NCBI GenBank assembly: GCA_015680685.1
Contig: MNCI01002384.1
Location: 982,734-1,046,733 of the forward strand
Reading direction: 5' to 3'
Origin: Gnetum montanum
Lineage: Eukaryota > Plantae > Gnetophyta
DNA length: 64,000 nucleotides
This document shows positions 11,010 to 24,442 of this stretch, piece after piece (position 1 is the first letter of the stretch; each line of letters opens with the position of its first letter). The notes below the pieces were generated by a model, which was given only the letters and a program-made list of their open reading frames with translations, was not told the DNA's origin and made no database searches. The position numbers were made by a program, and so were the translations under genes.

Positions 11010-12350
11010 TGTGGATTGTGAACTTAGAATGGGGGTTGAATAAGTTCCCAAATTTAAAATTCTGTAGCTACCAAGAATACAAATTTTTTTATGTGGTTCC
11101 CTAACTTGGGTATTTCCACACTCAAAAGGGTAGAATCCATTGACATCTCTAAACTTTATTTCTTTAAAAAATGGTTTAAAGGAAATAACCTATACAAGCT
11201 TTGAGCTTTGCTTTGGAGTGTTTTTTCACTGTGAAACCACTCAATCCCACAAGGTCTCTATAAGCTCAAAATGTGGTTTAGAGGATCCCACAACCTTTAC
11301 AAAAGTGAGCCCCACACCAGAGTGTTTTTTCATCACAAATCCACTCAACCCTATAGGATCTTGACAAGCTTAACAAAGATGTCTACTCACAAGAAGCACA
11401 TCTACCTCACATGGCTACAAGAAAGAAAGAAAAAAGAATAAGGAAAGAATGTAAATTACTTTACAATTTTTTAAACTTGAAGCTTAACACAATCAATACA
11501 TGCAAATGATGATACAATCAAGAGCAAAGACAAATTCACTTAGAATAGCCAATGATGAGTCTTTTGATGAAGAACCTTAGAATTTCCAAAAATTCCTTGG
11601 AATTTGTATAATGGATATTAAATGGCTAGTATATATGTCTACTTTGATGTTTAGATGTTTATCTAAGAATACCCTTAATGTAGGAGAGATGTCTACTTGG
11701 AAGCATAGATGTATGCTTGAAGATGTATACTAGTAGACATCTATCCTCAAGGATAGACATCTACTATTTTTGTGAGACATTTACTCTCTAGAGGAACTTT
11801 GAGATATGAAGCATTTCTTTGATCCTTGGGCTTCTCAGTAGTATTTGAAACATCTTCATTTGGCTTGTAGACTTCATTTCTATCCATGCTCTCATCTAGT
11901 CCACTTAGTCTTCATTTTGATGTCTCAATGTAGATCTTGTTCTTGAATTCTTGGATCTCCATGTGCATTCTACTTTTCAAAATCCTACAAAATTATCATC
12001 ACACACACACATCCCACACTCTCCATTTTCTCTAAGGTTTTGACATACCAAAAGGTCAAAAATCTCCCCATTTTTGGTGATGTTCAGAACTTAAGAAAAT
12101 GGGTTAGCATGCTCCATAAAAACTATGGAAAAATCAATTTAACATTTAATCTCTCCCCCATTTTTAGCATAAAAAAAAGTATATGAAAACTCCCCCTAAA
12201 TATATGCAAGAAAAGGTATGTGTGTGTGTATATATATATATATTTGTTTGTTTTTAGATTTATGAATATCGATGTTCTATTGGAAATTAAGGCAAAAAAT
12301 TACTTGATAGGAGAAGATCCTATTCCCATGTCTTTACAAAGAGTAGTGAG

Positions 12351-15300
12351 TCACCATTCATCAAGAGGTTTGGTGAAAGCATCATCAAGTTGATTTTTTG
12401 TCCCAATGAATTCTAGCTTTACATGTCTAGGTTGAGTGTGTTCTTGTATGAAATGATGATGAATTTTGATGTGTTTAGTATGAGAATGTTGGATAGGATT
12501 CTTTGTCATGCTGCTGGCATTGCTATTATCACAATAAATTGGTGTAGATTGGGGTTTAATGCCTAAATCCTTAATAGTTTCTTTCATCCACAAAATTTTT
12601 GCACAACAACTTCCAACTAAAATGTACTCAAGTTTAGCCATAGAGAGTACTATGGATGTTTGCCTTTTGGTTGCTAAAGAAACAAGATTTTTTCCTAGGA
12701 AAAAGCAATTCCCACTAGTGTTGTGATGATCATTTGTACAACTTGCCCAATTTGCATCACAATACCCAACAAAATCAAGTAGGGAATCCTTTGTATACAA
12801 AAGTTCCTAATTAGTAGTAACTTTTAGATAATCAAAAATATATTTAACAGTCTTTAGATGAGATTATTTGGGATTTTCCTAATATCTTATATAAATTCCT
12901 ATACTTAATGCTATATTTGGCCTAGTAGTAGTTAAATAAAGTAGGCTACCTCTCATACCTCTATAAAGGTTGAGATTAATAGGTTTCCCTTGATCATATT
13001 TGGTGAGCTTAAAATTTGCTGCCATAGGCATATTTTTTTTCTTTTACTTTTGCCAAGTTAAATTTGAGTGGTAGATCTTTGATGTACTTAGTTTCACAAA
13101 TAAAGGCTCCATATTTTGTTTGATTGATTTGGAATCTAAGAAAATTAGTGAGCCCTTCCATCATGATCATTTTAAATTTTGATTGCATGAGATCTAAGAA
13201 TTTATTATATAGAATGTCATTAGTATCTTCGAAAATAATATGATCAACATAAATTTGTACAATATGTAAATAATTACCTTCACATTTGAGAAATAAAGTA
13301 ACATCAACCCTACCTCTTTCGAAGCCATTGGATATAAGGTGTTATGAGTGTCTTTCATACCAAGCTCTAGGCACATGTTTGAGCTCATAGAGAGTCTCTT
13401 GAGTCCTAAAGCATGATTAGGATTAACAAGATCTATAAATCATTTAGGTTGTTCAAAATATACCTCTTCTTGAATGGTCCCATCTAGAAAGGCACTCTTC
13501 ACATCCATTTGATATAGGTTGATGTTCTTAATTCTTGCATAGGCCAAAAGAAGTTTGATAAATTTAAGTCTTGCAAAAAGAGAAAAATTCTCATAAAAAA
13601 CAAATCCTTCTTGTTGATTATATCCTTTGGCAACTAATCTTGCTTTTTTTAATGATGTTACCATTTTCATCTATTTTGTTTCTAAAAAATGATTTTGTGC
13701 CAATAATCGATTTATGGTTGTGTTTAGGTGTCAATGAGCATACATCATTCCTAGTGAATTGATTTAGTTCATCTTGCATAGCTGAAATACACCCTTGTTC
13801 TCCTTTTGCTTCTTTGAAATTTTTGGATTCTACTTGTGAAAGATATGCAACATAGGCACATATTTCCTTAGTTTGGCTCCTAGTATAGATCCCATCTTGT
13901 ACTTGTCCAATGACATGATAGAGAGAGTATGATCTACTAAGTCTAGGAATTTTAGGTTGAAGTGGAGATATCTCCTTATGTTCATCCTCATGTTCCTCTT
14001 CATGTCCACTATCTATTTCTAAATTTTTGTCAATTTAAACTTGGGAGGTACTAGATAACTTTTGAATACGAACTACACATCATTAGGTTGTGGAGAAATA
14101 ATGTTACTATCATTAATTTTAATGTTTATACTTTCTTCCAAAACATTAGTTCTCTTGTTGATGACTCTATATGCCATACTAACGAAAGAGTGTCCTAGGA
14201 AAATGCCTTCATAAATTTTAGGGTCAAATTTTCTCAAGGTATCTTTATCATTAAAAATATAATATTTTGAACCAAAAACATGAAAATAACCAACTAAAGG
14301 TTTTCTACTAGTCCATACCTTATAGGGAGTCTTAGTAGTGAATCTTCTTACCAGTTCTATTAGAGATGTAACATTTGGTATTAATCGCTTCAACCCAAAA
14401 ATGTTAAGGAATATTTTCATCAATCAATATAGTTCTTCCCATTTCATTCAAGATCTTGTTCTTCCTTTCAGCTACACCATTTTGTTGAGGAGTTCTTGCA
14501 GTGGAAAAATGATGAAGAATGCCATTCATTTGACAGTATTGTTCAAATTTAGCATTCTTGAATTCACCTTTATTATCACTCTTGATGACTTTGACACCAT
14601 AACCTCTTTTTATATCTGATTACAAATTCTTAGAAAATGATCAAATACTTCATCCTTATGATATATGAAGACAACCCAAGTAAAATGAGAGTAGTCATCA
14701 AAAGTGGTTAGGAAATACCTTTTCTTTCCCAAAATAAGAGTTTGAGAAGGACCAACCAGATGCATGTGAAGTAAATCTAAGGGACAAGAGGTAGAGATGC
14801 AATTTTTCTTACCAAACATTACCCTTGTTTGCTTTCCTTTTTGGCATGTTGCATAGGTGTTCAATTGAAATCTTTGAGTTTAGGTAATCCTTGAACCATT
14901 TCTTTTGTCACTAGGATTTGATGAATTTCTTTGTTTATGTGGCCTAATTTTCAATTGCACATATGAGCATCATATATATTACTAATCAAGAACTTGGATT
15001 CAAGATTAGAATTATTTCCAAATATATTGATGTAAATGTTTTTCTTTTTAGTTCCTTATATAACAATGTTTCCAAAAGTCAAATCTTTTATTTTACAAGT
15101 TGTTGATGCATAAATTTTGGTTGCACCAACATTAAGGAAAAAACTCATTTGAGAAGACTATCTTCTAAGGTGCCTCCCATATGGGTATGGAAACCTGGGA
15201 ATAGTCTCAGTTGGAGAGGGCTATGTGATGTTCAAAAAGTAAAGCAAATTAAATTGAAAGATGAGGAATTTAAATTGAACTATAGTTGTTGAATTCCAAG

Positions 15301-16700
15301 ACTTAATGTAGATACAATAGTTAACTAAAAAAAATAAAATTTTCCTTTGTTTCATTGCTACTACAAGTTCATGCCACTGATCCATCACAGATGCTATTGT
15401 AGCCAACACTACTTGTAGCCACCAAGAGAGGGAGAGAGAAAGAGGGAAAGATCATTTCTACTATAGGAAGGTGTTACCTCTCTATCATTGCTACTATAGT
15501 TGTTGCTATGGGTTTGAGAGAGAGAGAGAGTGAGGGAAAACCCCTTTTGTTCGCCACCCACCTGCCACAACTGCCTACCATGAGAGAGAGGAGGACTACC
15601 TATTGTAGTTTAGTGAAAAAATAAAGATTGTCTACTATTGACTGCATCATTGATCCATTGCGGATACTATCGGAACCAGTTGCTGCTGATGCACGGCTGA
15701 TGACTACTGGCTATGGATGCTATCATGTGTTATTAGGTGGATAGGAGAAGATGAGGACTGATGTGCCTACTGATACCATCAAGCCACTTGTTGTAGCCAT
15801 CGTGCCTACATTGTGCCATGCATGCTACTAGTAACCATGTGAAAAGAAAAAAGGTTGCTTGCTGGGGTGCAAGCAAAAAGTAAGAAAATTGTCATCTATT
15901 GGTTTCCTTGCTAGACCCCAAGACCTAATGTTTGAGAGCCTTGAGATCCTTGATTTTTGATTGTGGCTTGCTTTTCCACCCTTATAGTCACTCCCACATT
16001 AGTTTGAATGCCCACTCCCATAACAACCACCATAAATGCCCATGTCCCATGTTGGTTACGACTACCATAACTACCCACCATGACCACCACCATGTCTCCA
16101 CCACTTGGGCTGTTACGTAACTCCTTCCATTATTATGATAGCTAATGATAGAAGTCACATAGTGATTATTGTTTATTCACATAAATTCTTTCTTAACTGC
16201 TCAAAACTAGTATTTAATTATAATAAAAAGGATTTTGGAGAAAGCATGATGTTAAATTTAATGGCCAATAATACATAGGTGGACCAGCTACATCTAAAAA
16301 AATAATTGGTATGGATTTTAAACTCAAGAATTCTTAATTGTCATGGGATCAAACATTATCAATCATGGCCTTGTGCCTTGCATGGACGATGTTGGCCTCA
16401 ACATAAGTATCTTTGAAGAAATTAGCATGGAAATTTGAATAAAAAAGTTGATTGATAGTAAGAATATTATGCTTTAGTACCAATACTTGTTATAGGAGCT
16501 TTCACATCATCTCAAAATGTGACAGTTTCATAGTTTTGTTTTGAAAAGTGTATGAATTGGGATTTACCTCCTATCATATGTCTTAAATAGCTGATATCAA
16601 TATACCATGTCCTTGTTTTAATAGTAGAGAGAGCAACTTGAGCCACCATATTTTGTTTAGATTTCTTCAGTTTTTGCTTCAAACCTTTCTTTCCTTGCAA
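12351..16700 (-). pseudogene. pol: Copia pol (protease-integrase-RT-RNase H), disrupted and split by a solo LTR at 15101-16403
   Basis: WYIDISYLRHMIG (PR), LDLLHMHLVGP/DDYSHFTWV (INT), KARLVAKGYNQQEG and YQMDVKSAFLDG (RT), GYCDANWAS/IYCDNSNA/NQLDDAFTKPL (RH). Confidence 0.92.
15101..16403 (-). mobile_element. Solo LTR (1.3 kb), probably Gypsy Tat/Retand-like
   Basis: TGTTGA...TCAACA termini and a near-TSD (caagt/taagt). The flanks rejoin into the Copia frame (FFKDT-CKIKDL). Internal GA microsatellites. Lineage and orientation are guessed from the ...ccaaaatttatgcatcaaca end. Confidence 0.75.
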
Positions 16701-17154
16701 GGCATCTTGTCTAGGCTACTTTTGAAAAGACCAAGTGTAATGTTTCCTTCATAGATGGCCACAAGCCTGAACATGTCCAAATTTTTCATAATAAATGCAA
16801 TTTAAGGTTCTAAATCTTGTTATATAACCAAACCTACAAGGATACCTCTTTGAATAACTTCAAGAAGCTTTCATTTGCACATTCTTTTGCTCTTGATCTA
16901 CTTTGAACTTTTCCTTTGAAAAATTTTTATTGGTTTGCTCAATAACATTGGTTAGCCTTTAAATCTCAGCCATCACATCTGAGTTTTCTTTCTTAAGAGA
17001 TAAGCATTTTGAATGAAGAGTTGCAATCTTTGTCTTGTTGTCATGTAAGATTTCTTTCATTTTAAAACATAAACTTTGAAAGGAAATAACTTCATTACAA
17101 AGTATCTCATACCTCTCTTCTAAGGAGATTTCATCTACTTCATCTCCATGATGA

Positions 17155-18338
17155 TGTTTAGGGGGGGGGTGTGGTTGTGTTGCGATGGGGGAGGAATGAA
17201 TAAGTTCTTGTAATTAAAAAATAATAAACCAAAGCACACACCAAATTTAATGTGGTTCAATAGCTTGGGTAGTCCACACTCATAGGGTAGTTTGCTAGCA
17301 GACCTTTGAACTTTGTTGCTCTCAAAATGTGGTTTGAAGGGTACCACACCCTATACAAGCTCTAACCTCCACTTCAGAGTGATTTGATGTAATGAATCCA
17401 CTTAACCTTGCAATTTCTTGACAAGCTTAGAAATGTGGTTTCTAGGATCCCACAACCTTTATAACTTGAGCTCCACTCTAGAGTGTTTTGATGCTACATC
17501 AACACTCAATCCCACAGGATCTCAACAAGCTTAAGTAAGATGCCTTCCTGTAAGAAGCATATCAACCATATAAGGCAATAACAGAGAAACAAAATTTACA
17601 AGGAGAGGATGCAACTAGTTTTGTTAATCCTTATACATTGAGGTACAACTCACTTTCACAACTTACAATAGACAAACGATAGTACAATGACATACAATAA
17701 TAAGAGAATCATGATTACAATGATTAATTGATAATGACACTTGAAAGTACATAATGCTTACACATTTTCCAATTGAATGAAGTCTTCTTATAGCTAATAT
17801 GTTTTCGAAATCACCTCAAAATTTGTGCAATGGCTATCTAATAGTCACTGGAGACATCTTCTTTGAGGTTGAGACATCTTTTTGCATTAGACCTTAATTT
17901 AGGAGAGACATCTTATGTACTGGAAAGACATCTTTGGAAAGTTGTCTTTTTCACTAGAAATACATCTGTAATTTTTCATAGATGTCTTTTTCTGAGTAGC
18001 CTTCCATTTGGCCAAGATGTCTTTGACATTAGTGAAACATCTTTACTAATTTTCCTCTACTTTGGCCAAGATGTCTTCTATTTCTTGGAGACATCTTTCT
18101 TGAGTTTTTTTGAACTTGAGTTATTTGTTTCTTACTCTTGAACTTCCTCATGCTCCATAAGTTCTTGATGATGTCAAATTTTCTTTTGAGTCCTTGAGTC
18201 TTTTTCTCTTGTAATGTTCTTTACTCTTGCTTCTAATTTAAAGTCCTTGTCCATAATCTTGTCTTGTAAACACAATGCCACACAAACAACCTTTTTTCTT
18301 CATTTTCCTTAAGGTTTTGACATACAAAAAGATCAACA
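17155..18338 (-). mobile_element. Solo LTR of a related SIRE family nested in the gag of SIRE element 2
   Basis: Clear reverse-complement similarity to the LTRs at 7285-8516 and 11010-12061, with the same AGACATCT/AGATGTCT repeats and TGTTTA...TCAACA termini. No clean TSD. Confidence 0.75.
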
Positions 18339-19840
18339 AATATCTTTGATACTCAATAGATTCTTGATTTATCAAGGCAAGACATAGATAATGAGTATCT
18401 TTTGATGCACCCTTTGGACTTCTTTTCTTATCGAAGGTGTTATTGATGTTGTTGGTCCTTATTTCTTTTCTTGAATTTTCTTCATGTGACATGCATTTAC
18501 AATCTCTTTTGGAGGCCATTTGGCCTCTTCCATCGCATATCCAACATGTAAAAGAGGAAGTATAATGTTTACCTTTACTTTTGTAGTAGAGAAGTTAACC
18601 ACAATTTTTTAGCATAAATTTGATGAAGCACGTTAGTCTAGTTCTTCAAATTGGAAGAGTTGAATTTGACAGTTGTTGGTGATTTGATATTAGCTACCCC
18701 TTCCATGTTTAGGTTGAAATATTCACGTGGGATTACCAAGCTCTACTATTGCTTATGGATCATGAACTTAGAATGGGGGTTAAATAAGTTTTCTAATTTA
18801 AAATGTTGTAGCAACCAAAAATACACACAAATTTTATGGCATTCACCAACTTGGGTACACCCATACTTAGAGGGTAGAATATGTGAACAACTTTGGACTT
18901 TGTTTCTTCAAAAAGTGGTTTGAAGGGTACCACATCCTATACAAGCTTTGAACTCTACTTTGGAGTGTTTCATCATTGTGAAACCACTCAACCCTACAAG
19001 GTCATGAAAAGCATAAAATGTGGTTTAGAGGATCCAAAAACATTTACAAAAGTGAGCTATGCATTAGAGTGTTTTTTGTTGCAAACTCAACCTTGTAGGG
19101 TTCCAACAAGCTCAACAAAGATGTCTTCTTGCTAGAAACACATAAACCCTATAGGGCTACAACAAAGAAAGAAAAATAATAAGGAAAGAATGTAACTTTC
19201 TTTAAAAATTCTTAAACTTGAATCTTAATACAATCAATACAAGAAAATGATGATACAATGAAGAGCAAAAAAAAATTCACTTAGAATAGCCAATGATGAG
19301 TCTTTTGATGAATAGTACTTGCATAATTCCCAAGATGTTTACTTTGTCTTATAGCCTTAGAGTTTTTGAAAATTCATCGAAATTCATGCAATGACAATCA
19401 AACGACTAGTATAGATGTCTACTTCAAGGTTTAGATGTCTATTTAAGAATACCCCTTAATGTAGGAGAGACATCTACCTAGAAGTCTAGATGTTTGCTTG
19501 AAGATGTATATTGGTAGACGTCTATTCTCAAGGATAGACCTTTGTTTTTTTTGTGAGATATTTACTCTCCAAAAGAACTTTGAGATATGAAGAATTTCTT
19601 TGATCCTTAGGCTTCTCAATAGTCTTCAAAACATCTTCATTTGGCTTGTAGACTTTGTTTCCATGCTCTCATCTAGTCTAGTTAGTCTTTGTTTTGACAT
19701 CTCAACATAGATCTCGTTCTTGAAGTCTCTGATCTCCATGTATATTCTACTTTTTAAAAGTCCTAAAAAATTATCTTCACACACACAAAAATCCCACATT
19801 CACCATTTTTTCTAATTTTTTTACATACGAAAAGTTCAAA

Positions 19841-22450
19841 AAATTGACCAATAGTTCAACCCATCTTCTATTATGTAGGTTTAACTATGGTTGATTCATC
19901 AAGTGTTGAAATCCTTTTCAATTAGTCCATATCATCAATTACTTACTAAATAAATAATTATGAAATTTGTTTAAGATAAATACCATTTCTCAAAACTCAA
20001 GGTCATGAGTGGGGTAACATGACTCATGAGCCTTTATCTACCTAAAAGCATATGCTACTACTTTGTCCTCCTACATGAGGGCACACTCGTAACCATCACC
20101 TAATGCATAGGTAGAAATATCATACAGTTTACCTAAAGAAGGTGAAGTTAGAACATGGGTGAAAGTTATTCTACTTTTAAGTTCATCAATAGTAGCCTGA
20201 CATTATGGATCCTATAAGAATAGAACTTTCTTTTTTAACAAATTTATGAGAAATGAAGTAAGGAAAGAGATACTCTTAATGAATCTCTTGTAGTAATTCA
20301 CTAAAACTAGGAAACTATAAACCTCTTCAACATCCTTAGGGATAGGCTAGTTCTGAATAACTAATATCTTATTAGGATCCACCATGATACCAACCTCTAA
20401 AATAACATGTTCTAAGACTTGGATCTCTTGGTAGTAAAATGTGTACTTTGAAGGTTGAGTGAATAATTGATAGTTCCTAAGTGTTTGCAAAACTATTTCA
20501 AATGCTACTCATAAAGATCCTCTAATGATGAGTATATCAAAATACCAGTAATAAATAAAATAAAATAATGGTCTATGTAAGGTCCCATAACACTATTCAT
20601 GAAATGCATGAACAAAGTAGTTGCATTAGTAAGTCTAATGTAGGTGCATTAGTAAGTCCAAATGAAAATATCATGAATTCATAATGCCCATATAGAGTCT
20701 AGAAGGCTATCTTTAGGGTGTCTTCCTTTTTTATGATGAAAAAAATGATAAAATGACCCTTGTAAGGTTCCATCATACTATTCAAGAGATGCATAAATAC
20801 AATAGACACATCAGGAAGTCCAAAAGATAAGACCATGATCTCATAATGGTTGTATCAACTTTGGAAGGCTATCTTAAGAACATCTTACTCTTTTATGTGA
20901 ACTTGATGGTATCCAAACTCCATATATATATTTGAGAAAATTTAGGTTTCTCCCAATTAATAGAATAAATCATTTATGTAAGACAAATAGTACTTTTCCT
21001 TCATAGTCACTTGGTTGAGCTATCAATAATTGATGCACAACGTTATGCTATCGTTCTTCTTCTTGAAGAAGAGAATAAGAGCACCCCATGAAGACAAACT
21101 TAGATAAATTAGATCCTTATCAAGTATCTCCTAAAATTGAATATTTAGTTTAGCCAACTTAGAAATGACATCCTATGTGGAACCTTAAAGATGGACTTAG
21201 CACTAAGTTTGAAAGTAATCTTAAAATTAACATCATGTCTTGGAGGAAACCTAGGCAACTTTTAATGAAAGATATGAAAAAACTCATGAACTACAATAAT
21301 TTAATCAATTCCATATGAGGAATAAGGTCAACTAAATAAAATTACAAAGTACAAATGACCCTTTTACAATAGACAACAAAAAGACTTGAAGAAATGCCAA
21401 CATAACCTTATGTCATCTAATACACATGATCATGTGAGTAGCATCATTTTTCATCAAGGAAAGTATCATATGATAATATCTAAGCTTCCATAATAGTGAG
21501 ATAACCAATTCATACTCAAGCTAATATCCTATTCTCCTATACTCATGATGTAGAGATCACTAAGCCAAGAAACATCCTCAATCACCAAGGGTACAAACCT
21601 TTAGATTTTATCCATAGTGAGTATATTACCACCAATGGTGCTAATAGAAAACCCTTAAATAACATATTGACTCTTCATACCTAGATGTAATCACTTGAGG
21701 GTCAATAAAAGAATAACTTACACCAACATTAAAGAGAATAAAAACTATAAAATTTAAAATCATAGCTTTGATCTTGATCGCTATGTTGGATTAAGCATCA
21801 ATCGACTGGTTAGACAAAGCATAAACATGTCCATGCATCCTAGTGCCACCTTGTTCAATTGCTAGCCTACCATCCTACTAAGAATCACTATTTTTTGAGT
21901 ACTTTAGATAGTTGAAGCTCTTGCGAATTGGCTAAGTAGAGTTAAAATAGTTGGGGAAATCTTTCTAGAGGTCCCTAAGTTTGCTGCAAGCATGGCAAGT
22001 AATGAGTACATGAGTTGCACGACCACTTAAAGACTTCTATTCTTATTAACCATAAGATCTATAATCCTAGGTCCACTTGGATCCACTAGACTTTTTGAAA
22101 AATGTTTGATTCCTCTTCTAAGAATAAATGTAATGCACTATCTTCATTAACTAACTATAATCTAGGTTCATTGCACAAACACATGCATCCTCACATGTTT
22201 GAAGATGGAGGGAAATCACATAGTCCTTAATGAATGAGCAAAGATACTAGATCTAACTATAATTTCCCAACCCTTGTTAAGGATGGAAATAATTGTAAAC
22301 AATGTAATTAACCTTCAAATGAAGGGATGCCTCGTTATGAGGAGTTACGATTATTCATGTATCCCTTGGGAAAGGGTTTGACCTATGCCATTTAAGGTTA
22401 GCTTTAGAGGTCATGCTATCATGGAGTTGTGGAGTCGGGATAGGAAAGTG
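19841..22450 (-). pseudogene. pol: Tekay gag-protease-RT-RNase H remnants
   Basis: SSWGALILFFKKKNDSITLCINY and FGYHQVHIKE*DVLKIAF (RT), FILFNVGVSYSFID (decayed protease site, ~21705-21745), decayed CCHC knuckle near 21955-22000. Many stops. Confidence 0.8.
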
Positions 22451-23532
22451 ACAAGAGCTGGGTGAAGTAGGACAAGAAGAGATTGATCACCCCTTTGGCT
22501 AGATAGCCTAACCATGGTGGTAATGCTGGATTGCCTCTAAGGCTTAAGTGGCATGGGAAGATAACCTAAAGGGTGTTACCGTACTCTCTCCTATTAATAA
22601 AATTTTTCTCTTTTCCTCTTTTAAATTCCACAATACCAATTATTTATTTACCAATTAATTCATTTATTAAGTATTTATGATGTTTCTATTATATTATCTA
22701 AGAAAATGATGAATGCGGTAAATTAAGCGATCATATTTTTATGACGTTTGGAAATGGAATGTCATAGAAACAGTTTGTTCTACCCTTCTCATCTAAATAT
22801 ATGTGAGGAACATACATACTTAGCTTCAAAAATTTGTAGTCATACTTGGCCATGGTCTAATTTCCTTGGTAGGAAGATATGACTCATTTGCTTTAGCCTC
22901 TGTGTAATCTAAATAAATATAATATTTATTGAAAGTAAGTAAGAAATCACTTTAATAAATATTACAATCCTACCCATGATGTGTTTGCTCGTAGACATCC
23001 CATCGATGACTAGTAGAGCCTTTGAACTAGTAGGTTGCTAATCAAGTTTGTTGCACAATTGTACAACTCATCAATTTTATGGCCTTCGTGACCTCCTCTA
23101 ATCACTCAATGATGGTAGTAGGGTACTTCTCATCCTAAAAGGTGGATGGTCCTAACTTACAAAATTTCTCCATAAGCTCATGTTCCTTTGGTCGTCTACC
23201 ACCATTACCATACCTTGAAGTAATGAGCGTTGATGATATGTTTGAGTTCTTCTCTATATGTTAATGGAGGAACTAGAATAAGTAGCAACTAATGTCTAAT
23301 TTAGTGTTGTCCTCATGTGTAGTAGAAGTAGAAGTTAGAAGAGTAATAATCTATTTGTAAATCAGTTACATACCTCTCTATTTAATTAAAAACAAAATTA
23401 GATGTCAGAGTTAGGTTGCTAGGCCTAGCATCAATCCTCTTACAATTATCACATCCTCTTCTAGCTCTTACCATCACTAAACACAAAAACATTACATGAT
23501 AAAATCATCAAAGCTATGCTTTGATACTAGCT

Positions 23533-24442
23533 TGTAATAGATTCCTTTCTAACCTTAGGTTAGAAAGCATTACATTGGGTATAAAAATTCTAAATAAATG
23601 ATTTGTCATGATAAGGAATAATTGAAAATTGAAATGACCTAATGCAAGTATATGGAAGAGAAAAGAAAATATAGTATTCTCATGACTAAAGAAAAGAACA
23701 AATATTAACAATAGAAGATTCGAGAGCGATATAGTGGCATAGCTAGATAATATAAATATAACAACAAACTAAAAACTAAAACTAAACTAAAATTGATAAA
23801 ATATCATATAAGTTTGAAAATAATATATAGCTATAAATATCCAATAGTATTAAATATGTTTAACACGACATAAAAATATGTAGGGTTGAAATACATAATG
23901 CATGATAATGAAACAAGCTAATATATCTTAGAAAAATGTTACAATATACAAAAGAGATAATGGTCTAAAAGCTAGAAAGAGAACACACATAATATCAAAA
24001 ATCAACAACAAATATCAAGTGACATTCTTACCTCATCTAGCCTTGGTAATCTAAAAACAAAAGGAGTTAGTATAAACTAAGTAAAAAACCTTGGCAGCTC
24101 CTAGGATTAATCTAAGGGTAAGTCTCATGGTGGACTAGATGAAAGCATGATGACTTGTAAATAAGTGAGTAGAACACATCACACTAAACATCATGGATTA
24201 CATAACACACATAGATCTAGAAATCAAATGAAGAACTAAGAAAATGAATTGTCCACTCCAACTCATCAACCTATAAAAGAGGAATTTAGCATGCACTGAA
24301 ATTAGTTTTAATATGTCAACTTTGTCATGTATACTTAGCCAAACCAAAATTTTCATTCAAAAATAAAAATAAAAATGCCAAACTACCATGTGTATGGATA
24401 TAAAAATAAAGTACTAGTGATAGAGATGTCATCCATGACTCA
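23533..24442 (-). repeat. Partial 5' LTR (3' ~900 bp) of the Tekay element
   Basis: Adjacent to the PBS; inverted homolog of 26443-27341. Confidence 0.8.

Larger units (their letters stand above)
11010..19840 (-). mobile_element. SIRE-lineage Ty1/Copia element 2 (degenerate, two LTRs, AAATT TSD)
   Basis: LTRs at 11010-12061 and 18754-19840, with aaatt on both flanks (11005-11009, 19841-19845). Removing the element restores the Tekay frame RRWVELLVNFNFTIQYQIGKSNIV. Multiple ctcccc PPT complements at 12062-12200; degenerate PBS near 18735-18753. Confidence 0.9.
8517..24442 (-). mobile_element. Degenerate Tekay/Del chromovirus (Ty3/Gypsy), both LTRs truncated, interrupted by SIRE element 2
   Basis: On the minus strand: LTR end at 23533, iMet PBS tagtatcaaagc (23518-23529), then gag knuckle, protease, RT, RNase H, integrase and chromodomain remnants in Gypsy order. 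A PPT is followed by the LTR start TGTAACAACCC at 9477. Confidence 0.85.
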
